Shown: piece by piece, positions 8,464 through 15,917 of the stretch
Position numbering within the stretch: position 1 is the first letter of the stretch
How the letters are laid out: every line of letters starts with the position of its first letter
DNA from: Coprobacillaceae bacterium
Lineage (GTDB): Bacteria; Bacillota_I; Bacilli_A; Erysipelotrichales; Coprobacillaceae
Direction: 5' to 3'
Assembly: GCA_963675515.1 (NCBI GenBank)
Contig: OY776328.1
Location: 2,460,001-2,492,000, forward strand
DNA: 32,000 nucleotides
Program-made: the position numbers and the translations under genes
Notes under the pieces: model-generated
Seen by the model: only the letters and a program-made list of their open reading frames with translations
The model's database searches: none
Told to the model about the DNA's origin: nothing

Positions 8464-9357
8464 TCATTCCACCAGAGAGAGACTTTTGAGTTTCGCTACG
8501 ATGACTTCCTGGTCAATTTCACATTGGCTTTGGCCCATCGAGATGGCTGGCTTGGTCTTGCCGTGGAAATCGCTGCCACAAGTGAAAAGCAGGTCATGTT
8601 TTAAAGCGGCCTGATGGAAATGGTTTACTGTATCCTTGTCATGGTAGCTTGAAAACGCCTCTACCCCTTCAATTCCCAGAGCGACCATCTCATCAAAAAG
8701 TCCTTCCTTTCCTTTGAGGTTGTTGCCCGGATGGGCCAGCACCGCAACCCCGCCATGTCGTTTGATCAGGTCGATGGTTTCTTCAAGCGAAGGATATTCT
8801 ATTCTTGTGTAGCATGGTTTTCCTTGGGAATAGTAATCCCAGTAAAAGTTCACGAAAGGGTTGTCCCCCCTTGCATTCCCCGGACGGTAAGGCATGAGCA
8901 GGGGATGGTCTAAGTAGCGCTCATCTTCAAGGAGGACTTCGCCGAACATCTCCCCGGTATACACGCCATTGCCTGACAGTTCGCCAAGCTTTTCCAAATC
9001 GACATCGAAACCGAGCTGCGATGTCAATTCAACCTTCCTGGTTGATGATTCCAGTTCCTGTCTTAGCACATTTTGTTCAAGCGCTTCGAAATCCTCATGG
9101 CCATAATCGATGCCAAAGCCTAGCACATGGAGGTTGACTCCTTTGTAGGTGCAGTCGATTTCCACCGCCGGAATGAAACGGATTCCTTCGTTCAAGGCTG
9201 CTTCCATTCCCTTAGCAATCCCCTTTACGCTGTTGTGGTCGGCGATCGCCATGATTTTCAGACCGCTATCTTTTGCCATCCCGACCAGTTGTTCTGGCGA
9301 ATACTCCCCGTCATCGGAGTGAAGCGAATGCATATGAAGATCGATATAATTTTTCAT
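8464..9357 (-). CDS. PHP-domain metal-dependent phosphoesterase
   Basis: N-terminal IDLHMHSLHSDDG and later AIADHN, VLAHPG and CGSDFHG motifs, characteristic of the PHP (TrpH/YciV-like) family. Confidence 0.85.
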   Translation of the reverse strand: MKNYIDLHMHSLHSDDGEYSPEQLVGMAKDSGLKIMAIADHNSVKGIAKGMEAALNEGIRFIPAVEIDCTYKGVNLHVLGFGIDYGHEDFEALEQNVLRQELESSTRKVELTSQLGFDVDLEKLGELSGNGVYTGEMFGEVLLEDERYLDHPLLMPYRPGNARGDNPFVNFYWDYYSQGKPCYTRIEYPSLEETIDLIKRHGGVAVLAHPGNNLKGKEGLFDEMVALGIEGVEAFSSYHDKDTVNHFHQAALKHDLLFTCGSDFHGKTKPAISMGQSQCEIDQEVIVAKLKSLSLVE

Positions 9358-9383
9358 AATCTTGTTTCTCCTTGTTATAGTTT

Positions 9384-10358
9384 TTAAATTTCATTGGATA
9401 TGAGATAGTCACGCGCCGAAGCGAACAGGCCTAGTTTTACCAGGTCATAGAAATCATCGACGGCCTCGAGCCTGGGAACGTGGGTATCGGGCAGGTCCCT
9501 GGAAAAATCCCAGTCGGGCAAACCTGCGAAATTGTCGGAGCAGATCCCGATGACATCGGGGTTGACAACGCAACATAGGCTGATCAGCTGGGTTTTCAAC
9601 AGTCCCTGGGGATCGGTCTTGAGAAGTATTTCCTGTTTTGAAAAATCCGCAAAGGGAAGATAGGACAATTCCCCGGCGAATGAATTGGCGCCCTTGAAAA
9701 GCTGGTGGTTCAAGACCATTCCACAGCCGACGTACTTGACCCTGGGCTGATACAAAAAGGCCACAGCCGATGAATCCTGGTGAAGTTGATAGAATCCCAG
9801 ACATGCAGCATTGACGTCATTCTCGATAGTTGCTTCAAGCCCAAAGCGATCAAAGATATCAGCGACAATCGGCCAACCAACAAGCTGTTCGCAGTCGCAG
9901 ATCGTTATCAATCCATCATGGACGACTCCGGGAATTGAAATTGCGATGACTTTTATAAGCGGATCGGCTATGATGGCCCCGCCGATTATGGCCATGATTC
10001 TTTCCCTGAGGCAATCGGCCTCGAAGCAAGTCGAAGAGCTGACTGCATGCCCTTTGGGATCGATGAAGCTTGCCGCGATCTCATTGGTGGTCGCCTTTTT
10101 TTTGACAATCACGTTTAACACATGGACATGATCCCGGTTCAAAGCGTACTGCTTCTTCTTGCGCCCGCCGGTGGACTCCGCGTCGCCTAGCGCCATTATT
10201 TCGCCGCTTTCAAGCATTTTTGCAAGGATATTGGTCACTGCACCGTTTGACAGTCCCGTCATCTTTATTATCATGTACTTGTTCAGGATTTCCCCATCAT
10301 AGAAGCATTTCTTTACCTTAATCCGATTTTCATTTTTCAAATCCGCACCTTTTGCCAT
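9384..10358 (-). CDS. ROK-family transcriptional regulator (wHTH plus sugar-kinase-like fold)
   Basis: Start moved to MAKGADLKNENRIK (GGTGGA RBS). N-terminal wHTH-like region (MTGLSNGAVTNILAKMLESGEI), then an actin-ATPase/ROK-like body (ISIPGVV..., ENDVNAACLG). Confidence 0.75.
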   Translation of the reverse strand: MAKGADLKNENRIKVKKCFYDGEILNKYMIIKMTGLSNGAVTNILAKMLESGEIMALGDAESTGGRKKKQYALNRDHVHVLNVIVKKKATTNEIAASFIDPKGHAVSSSTCFEADCLRERIMAIIGGAIIADPLIKVIAISIPGVVHDGLITICDCEQLVGWPIVADIFDRFGLEATIENDVNAACLGFYQLHQDSSAVAFLYQPRVKYVGCGMVLNHQLFKGANSFAGELSYLPFADFSKQEILLKTDPQGLLKTQLISLCCVVNPDVIGICSDNFAGLPDWDFSRDLPDTHVPRLEAVDDFYDLVKLGLFASARDYLISNEI

Positions 10359-10453
10359 ATTCCACCAACTTTCATCAACCAATGACAAAAGTATATCATA
10401 AGATAATATTCTGATGCGTTTTTTGCACAAAATGAAAAAGCCTCTTTCAAGGC

Positions 10454-10765
10454 TTACTCTTCTTTGCTTTTGATCAGGGCGATTGCACTGTTCAGCACGT
10501 TTTCCCCGTTCATCGTGCCATAGTCACGCATATCGATGACCCCGATTGGCGTGACACCATCAGCTTTGGCCTCGAAGGCCTTCAGCTGGTGTCGTACCTG
10601 AGGTCCTAGCAGCACTATGTCCCAGTCAGGAAATGAAATCATCGCCTGGGAAATAGGTACCGCCTCGATTTTCGCTTCAATGTTTCTTTCCTGGGCCGCC
10701 TGGTTCATCCGTTGGACAAGCATGCTTGTCGACATCCCTGCATTGCAAGCTAACAATATTTTCAT
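10454..10765 (-). CDS. PTS EIIB component, lactose/cellobiose family
   Basis: Start moved to MKILLACNAGMSTSMLV (active-site Cys in the LxCxxGMSTS motif) with an AGGAGGAAAG RBS. About 103 aa. Confidence 0.85.
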   Translation of the reverse strand: MKILLACNAGMSTSMLVQRMNQAAQERNIEAKIEAVPISQAMISFPDWDIVLLGPQVRHQLKAFEAKADGVTPIGVIDMRDYGTMNGENVLNSAIALIKSKEE

Positions 10766-10887
10766 GTCACTTTCCTCCTGGGTCAATACTATCACAGATT
10801 TCCCGAAGATAAGGACAAACGGTGGCAAATGACAATTTTATGTCACAATAAATAATGGCTGAAAAATTTGCTTGCGAATATCAAGTC

Positions 10888-10911
10888 AAAAAAGCGGGAT
10901 ATCCCGCTTTT
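10888..10911. terminator. Rho-independent terminator after the DUF438 gene (symmetrical)
   Basis: AAAAGCGGGATATCCCGCTTTT: perfect GCGGGA/TCCCGC stem flanked by A- and T-runs. Confidence 0.8.
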
Positions 10912-10915
10912 AGGT

Positions 10916-12106
10916 TCAATCATCCATCAGCCGTTTTTCTCCGGTGATCGCCTGGATATCCTGGATGTCCTGGGTGACTTCGACAACCCCGAGATATTCG
11001 CCTAGAGCGTTGCGCACTGCAAAATACCGGATCAGGACATATTTCCCTTGGAACTTGATCCAGAAATCCTCATGGTCCTTCTTGCCGGATTTGAAATCGG
11101 CGACAATGCTTTCAACCACATGGACACTTTGAGGCGGGTGACAGTTTGAAACCTTCCGACCGATAATTGTCCTGGTCCGCGGAAACGCCCGGTCCTTGCC
11201 TTCCGAAAAGTATTTGACCTCGTCTAACTTGTCGACAAACGTGATGTCAAAAGGCAATGTGTCAAGCATCGCCACCAGTTCTTCGGGTTCGAAGCTTCCC
11301 GAAGGAAGCTGGATGGTTCCCGTTTTGGACGTGGCTGCATGTCCGATCTCGATTGAATCATCTAGGCCGAATGGTGGCACATCATCGATAAGATAACCGA
11401 TCTCACCGCTCTGGTGGGCGATAAGCTGCCATTCATTTTCGCTCAGGTTTTCCACCAGGATGGGAATCATTATGCTTTCTTCCTTGTAGATCATCTCTTC
11501 AATCTCTTTGAGCGCTTCTTCAAGCCGCTCAATGGCGCCACGCAAATCACCATCATCTTTCATGATGTCGGCTGTGGCTTGCTTCAACATCGCCCGGATC
11601 TTGTCATCCACTCCCCACATGACTTTGGGCGGGGCGGATACACCGTATAGTTCCATGTAAGGGAAAAGCAGGTTCTCCTTTTTCTGGTAGTGGAGATTGA
11701 TCTTGCTCAACTCTTCCAGCCCGGCAATAATCGCCTTCCGGTCCATCGTATCGAAATTGGGCCGGATCATCTTGTCGATGATTTCCTGGATCCTTTCATT
11801 TTCAAGGACCAGGACACTTAGTGGATGTCCGGGAATTTTGGACAGATTGTCGGGGGCGTGGATCTGTTCAATCGAACCTTTGAAGACCGCGGCATGGACA
11901 TCGCAGAGATCCTGGATTTGTTCCACACTCACGCCCTCCTCGATCAGGGCCGCTTCGGCCTTAGAGATCTCATCGGCGCTTACCCCTTGGAATGTCTGTT
12001 CGAAGAGTTCCTTGACATCTTCAAAGGGTTTTCCTTCATGGATCTGGCGCAGGATGTCTTTAAGAGCCTGCTTGCGTAATTCGCTGTTATTGATGAACTC
12101 GCTCAT
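10916..12106 (-). CDS. DUF438 / hemerythrin-like / PAS domain sensor protein
   Basis: Start moved to MSEFINNSELRKQALKDILRQIHEG (AGGAGG RBS). The N-terminal DUF438-type sequence, a central His/Glu-rich helical part and a C-terminal PAS-like region (VTQDIQDI) fit the COG2461 architecture as I recall it. Confidence 0.8.
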   Translation of the reverse strand: MSEFINNSELRKQALKDILRQIHEGKPFEDVKELFEQTFQGVSADEISKAEAALIEEGVSVEQIQDLCDVHAAVFKGSIEQIHAPDNLSKIPGHPLSVLVLENERIQEIIDKMIRPNFDTMDRKAIIAGLEELSKINLHYQKKENLLFPYMELYGVSAPPKVMWGVDDKIRAMLKQATADIMKDDGDLRGAIERLEEALKEIEEMIYKEESIMIPILVENLSENEWQLIAHQSGEIGYLIDDVPPFGLDDSIEIGHAATSKTGTIQLPSGSFEPEELVAMLDTLPFDITFVDKLDEVKYFSEGKDRAFPRTRTIIGRKVSNCHPPQSVHVVESIVADFKSGKKDHEDFWIKFQGKYVLIRYFAVRNALGEYLGVVEVTQDIQDIQAITGEKRLMDD

Positions 12107-12147
12107 GGCATTACCTCCTATTATAAGCGCATACATTACTTGGTTTC

Positions 12148-12176
12148 ATTATAACCCCACTTTACGGATTGCCCAA
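12148..12176 (-). promoter_or_regulatory. Candidate promoter for the DUF438 gene
   Basis: Minus strand: TTGGGC (12176-12171), 17 nt, TATAAT (12153-12148). The -35 is weak. Confidence 0.4.
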
Positions 12177-12186
12177 ACAATACGGT

Positions 12187-12218
12187 AAAAGAAATAGAAA
12201 TAGGGATTTCCTATTTCT
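12187..12218 (-). terminator. Rho-independent terminator after the 137-aa orphan gene
   Basis: Perfect 9-bp stem (12196-12204 / 12210-12218), 5-nt loop, followed on the minus strand by ATTTCTTTT. Confidence 0.75.
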
Positions 12219-12243
12219 TACCCGCCTTATCTTCGCCTTCGCA

Positions 12244-12657
12244 TTATGTCCGGAGAGTGTCAGGAAGACCGTATCCGTCTGTTTCTTTTTCATATTCTTT
12301 CTCTTTTTGGAATATCGTCTTCAACAGCGAGTAAGCCACCATTTCCCTTGGCGGCACATCGTGGATATTGCCACCATATTCGTAAACGCGGCAGTCTGCA
12401 GGAGCATCATATATCTCGCTGCAGCATTGAGAGTTGTTTTCCCTGATTGTTCCAAAGATGTCATTGGAGTATTCGACCCAAAACCCGGCCATTTCCAGTG
12501 CCGGAGCGATTATGGCGACCACCTCCTCGATGATGAAATCAGTTGAGATGCCACGGCCACACATATTCATTTCGAGATAAAGAAATTCGATATTCACATT
12601 CTTCATGACTTTGGTATCTACCTTGATATTGCTTAAAAGAAATGGTTTTGCATCCAT
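12244..12657 (-). CDS. Hypothetical cytoplasmic protein (137 aa, five Cys), no family recognised
   Basis: Start moved to MDAKPFLL (GGAAGGA RBS). Bracketed by its own terminators upstream and downstream. I recognise no motif. Confidence 0.55.
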   Translation of the reverse strand: MDAKPFLLSNIKVDTKVMKNVNIEFLYLEMNMCGRGISTDFIIEEVVAIIAPALEMAGFWVEYSNDIFGTIRENNSQCCSEIYDAPADCRVYEYGGNIHDVPPREMVAYSLLKTIFQKEKEYEKETDGYGLPDTLRT

Positions 12658-12792
12658 GTTTTTTTCCTTCCGCCAATGCAAGTCCCGACCCACCCGGCAT
12701 CAGGGTGCTCTATGGCCGTTCCCACTCTGATTCGACCAAATACCTCCAGCTATTCAATCAACACCGGTTTTAACGATTCCCTGCGGTCTGGC

Positions 12793-12818
12793 AAAAAAAA
12801 AGAAGCCGGGGCTTCTTT
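12793..12818 (-). terminator. Rho-independent terminator after the CoADR gene
   Basis: Minus strand: AGAAGCC-CC-GGCTTCT followed by T9. Confidence 0.85.
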
Positions 12819-14516
12819 CTATCTGAAATTGTAGTCAGTTACGATCGGTTCGCGGTTCAAGGTTACATCATTGAAATATTCATATTCGCAGATGCCAAGG
12901 AACGAACCATCGATATTGCGGACATTGTCGAATCCATGCTGGATCAGCGCCCGCACCATGTTGTAAGAACGTTGGCTTGAGCGGCAGTGGACATAGACCG
13001 GCTTGTCTTTTGGAATTTCGTCAAGTCGATTCCTGAACTGGCTTAAAGGAATGTTCACAGCGCTCTTGAGATGGCAGGTTGCGAATTCCCGTTCCTCACG
13101 GGCATCGATGATGAAAGCTTCGCTTTCGACCAGCTCACGCACCTTGGTTACCGGCACCTTCTTGAAATCGCCATTGAGGATATTCAACCCCACCAGCGCA
13201 GCGTGGTTGACGACATCCTTGGCGGTTGAAAAATGTGGCGAATAGCTCAGTTCAAGCTCCTTGAGGTTTTCCAAATTGCCGTTGAACATGATGGCCGTGG
13301 CGATGACATCGATCCGTTTGTCGACATTGCCTTTGCCAACAGCCTGGGCTCCCAGGATCTTGCCTGAAGGATAGGCGAAAATCAGCTTGAAGAAGATATT
13401 GTTGGCATCAGGCATCAGGGAAACCTTGTCCTTGGGAATTATGTAAGAGAAATCATATTCGATACCCTTGTCCTGGCACTGTTTTTCGTTGAGTCCGGTG
13501 TTTGCCACATTCAAATCGAAGATCCGCACACTTGATGAACCGATGACTCCGGTATTGACGTAGCTTTTGCCATACACATGGTCAGCCGCAGCCCGGGCCT
13601 GGCGTTGTGCCGGACCGGCAAGGGTCAGCCTTGTTTTGGCACCGGTGAAAAAATCAGTGGTTTCGATGGCATCCCCTACGGCATAGATGTAAGGATCGCT
13701 GGTCTGGTAGTGATGGTTGACCTTGATGGCCCCATTCATCCCAAGTTCCAGTCCGGCCTCTTTGGCCAGGCTGTTTTCGGGAGTGACTCCGATTGCCATC
13801 ACGACCGCCTGGGCTTTGACACTGCGTCCCGAACCCAAGACGACCTGATCCTTTTGAATGGCCGCGACACAATCATTGAGTATCAGTTCAACCTCGTTGT
13901 TCATCATTTCCCGATGGATCAGCTGGGCCATGTCGTAATCGAGTGGCGCCATAACCTGGTCCTGGGCTTCGATCAGGGAAACATTGTATCCGGCAAACTT
14001 CAGATTCTCCGCTACTTCCAACCCGATGAAACCGCCCCCGACAACCGCGATGTCGGTTACTTCATTGTCTTTGGCATAGGCCATCAATGCTTCGACATCA
14101 GGCACTGTCTTCATCACGAAAACATGATCGTCATTGACTCCGGCAATGCTTTGGGGCCTGATTGCGTTGGCTCCAGGCGCCAAAAACAGGACATCATATT
14201 CTTCCTGGTATGTTTCATCCAGCGTATGATTTTTGATTGTAACCGTCTTGGTGGCCCTGTCAATGGCGACAACCTCGTTGTTGACCCGGGCGTCGATATT
14301 GTATTGTTTGTCGAACTGTTCTGGCGACATCATTACCAGGCTTTTGGCATTCTTGACTTCACCGCTGATATGGAACGGAATGGAACAGTTGGAAAATGAG
14401 ACATATGGCCCCTTTTCAAGCATAACGATCTGTGCAAACTCATCCAAACGGCGGATCCGTGCCGCCACAGACGCCCCACCGGCTACCCCGCCGACTATAA
14501 CTATTTTTTTACCCAT
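12819..14516 (-). CDS. CoA-disulfide reductase / NADH oxidase family flavoprotein with C-terminal rhodanese domain (CoADR-RHD)
   Basis: N-terminal FAD fold KIVIVGGVAGG, redox Cys in SFSNCSIPF, a second dinucleotide fold VVGGGFIGLE, and a C-terminal rhodanese active-site loop VHCRSSQRS. Confidence 0.9.
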   Translation of the reverse strand: MGKKIVIVGGVAGGASVAARIRRLDEFAQIVMLEKGPYVSFSNCSIPFHISGEVKNAKSLVMMSPEQFDKQYNIDARVNNEVVAIDRATKTVTIKNHTLDETYQEEYDVLFLAPGANAIRPQSIAGVNDDHVFVMKTVPDVEALMAYAKDNEVTDIAVVGGGFIGLEVAENLKFAGYNVSLIEAQDQVMAPLDYDMAQLIHREMMNNEVELILNDCVAAIQKDQVVLGSGRSVKAQAVVMAIGVTPENSLAKEAGLELGMNGAIKVNHHYQTSDPYIYAVGDAIETTDFFTGAKTRLTLAGPAQRQARAAADHVYGKSYVNTGVIGSSSVRIFDLNVANTGLNEKQCQDKGIEYDFSYIIPKDKVSLMPDANNIFFKLIFAYPSGKILGAQAVGKGNVDKRIDVIATAIMFNGNLENLKELELSYSPHFSTAKDVVNHAALVGLNILNGDFKKVPVTKVRELVESEAFIIDAREEREFATCHLKSAVNIPLSQFRNRLDEIPKDKPVYVHCRSSQRSYNMVRALIQHGFDNVRNIDGSFLGICEYEYFNDVTLNREPIVTDYNFR

Positions 14517-14552
14517 CGAATAATCCTCCTTGAAATTTATTCATCTATTTTA

Positions 14553-14582
14553 ATTATATTCCTTTTTGTGATCAAATGCCAA
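14553..14582 (-). promoter_or_regulatory. Candidate sigma-A promoter of the CoADR-RHD gene
   Basis: Minus strand: TTGGCA (14582-14577), 18 nt, TATAAT (14558-14553), about 35 nt upstream of the AAGGAGG RBS. Confidence 0.5.
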
Positions 14583-14772
14583 TCGGATGCTTCTCATATA
14601 CATGCAAGCCTGTTGACACCTTCATTATAGCGATTTCTCCAATAATTGTGAAATTATTATTTAGAATGCAACTATTCCAAAAAAGAATATATTAATGGCA
14701 AAATCGATTCATTGACGTTATAATGGGGTAGACAGACTGACTGTTCCAGATTTCACATCCAAGGAGATTTCC

Positions 14773-15657
14773 ATGCTTGATTACCGATACCAGACATTCC
14801 TGATTTTAAGCATCCATTTGAACTATACGAAAACCGCCCAGATCATGAACCTTACCCAGCCTACAATCACCAAACATATCCAGTATCTCGAGGATACTCT
14901 CAACACGAAACTTTTCCATTACTCCCAGCGCCGGCTCCAGCTAACCAGCCAGGGCGAAAAGCTAAAACAAGGGGTGATTGCCCTTAGCGAGCAGGCCGAA
15001 AAGATATTGTCCCAGCTTGACCCGTCCCGGGCCGTCAACGATTTCAGGATCGGGGTTTCCCGGACGATTGGAGAAGATTACATCCACAAGCACACCTGTT
15101 TTTTCTGCCAACAGCCCAATGCCAACATCGAGCTGCTTGTGGAAAACTGCGATACCCTTGTAAGCATGATCCATGACAAGTTGATTGATTTCGCCTTGAT
15201 TTCGGGACCGGTGGAGGACCCTGAGTTCGAAAAGACCGTCTTTTTCCAGGACGACATTGTAGTAGCCTGCTCGCCCGATCATCCCCTGGCCAACTTGAGC
15301 ATTGCATTTGCCCGGCTCGAGGATGAGCGGATTTTGTTGCGGGAGCGGGGTTCGGGCATCGCGAGCGTTCTCGAGGAGCACCTTCCCAAAGCCCATAAGA
15401 GCCTGGATTCGCTCCACAACCTCAGCCGGATCGGCAACAACCACCTGATCAAGAGCTTCATCAAGGACAACGATGGCATCGGATTGTTTTTTAGAATTTC
15501 AGTCGAAAACGAGGTTAAAGAAAAGTCAATCAGCCTGATAGATGTCGAAGATTTGAAAATTTCCCAGGACTTCTACCTCGTCCACCTCAAAGGCACCAAG
15601 ACCAGGGAAGATATCGATAGGGTCCTTAAAATCTTCGAGCCCGGCCAGAACAGATAA
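14773..15657 (+). CDS. LysR-family transcriptional regulator
   Basis: AAGGAG RBS. N-terminal wHTH (FLILSIHLNYTKTAQIMNLTQPTITKHIQYLE) plus a LysR substrate-binding body. Divergent from the CoADR gene. Confidence 0.9.
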   Translation: MLDYRYQTFLILSIHLNYTKTAQIMNLTQPTITKHIQYLEDTLNTKLFHYSQRRLQLTSQGEKLKQGVIALSEQAEKILSQLDPSRAVNDFRIGVSRTIGEDYIHKHTCFFCQQPNANIELLVENCDTLVSMIHDKLIDFALISGPVEDPEFEKTVFFQDDIVVACSPDHPLANLSIAFARLEDERILLRERGSGIASVLEEHLPKAHKSLDSLHNLSRIGNNHLIKSFIKDNDGIGLFFRISVENEVKEKSISLIDVEDLKISQDFYLVHLKGTKTREDIDRVLKIFEPGQNR

Positions 15658-15687
15658 AGGATGGATCCCATGACCCATCCTTTTTAA
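15656..15687. terminator. Terminator shared by the convergent LysR and copZ genes
   Basis: AAGGATGG (15657-15664) / CCATCCTT (15675-15682) followed by T5 on the plus strand. The tail on the minus strand is weaker. Confidence 0.7.
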
Positions 15688-15688
15688 T

Positions 15689-15904
15689 TTAGATACTTTC
15701 AACGCCTGTCGCTTTGTATCCGACCTCTTCGATAGCCGCCTTGATGGCTTCATCGGTAACTGACGCTTCCGCTTCAACCAGGGCCTGATTCTTGGCCAGA
15801 TCGACCTGGACTTCCTTGATTCCATCCAGTTCGCTCAAAGCTTCCCTGACGTGGTTGACGCAATGTTGGCAGCTCATGCCTTCAATCATGATTTTCTTGT
15901 TCAT
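15689..15904 (-). CDS. copZ: Copper chaperone CopZ (HMA domain)
   Basis: 71 aa with a GMSCQHC metal-binding motif and a GAGGAG RBS. Confidence 0.9.
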   Translation of the reverse strand: MNKKIMIEGMSCQHCVNHVREALSELDGIKEVQVDLAKNQALVEAEASVTDEAIKAAIEEVGYKATGVESI

Positions 15905-15917
15905 TTTCTTTTCTCCT

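Noticed and set aside
10436-10462. Weak hairpin (AAGCCT/AGGCTT) after the EIIB gene considered as a terminator.
   Set aside because: The stem is only 6 bp and the T-tail is short and interrupted. Read-through into the ROK gene is at least as likely, so it is not listed as a feature.
12658-12792. Possible ZTP (GGGTCGGGACTTGC resembles GGGUCGUGACUGGCG) or TPP (CAGAG...CCCTGATGCC) riboswitch.
   Set aside because: There is only partial word similarity. The required partner elements are absent (CCGCCTGGGC for ZTP; CTGAGA and the ACCTGATCTGGATAATGCCAGCG core for TPP). The downstream gene has no link to purine, folate or thiamine metabolism. It is kept only as an unexplained structured leader.
14613-14618. 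Perfect TTGACA hexamer on the plus strand upstream of the LysR gene.
   Set aside because: No acceptable -10 lies 16-18 nt downstream (TCTCCA). A TATAAT at 14719-14724 exists, but its best -35 is poor (TGGCAA). I therefore did not call the LysR promoter.
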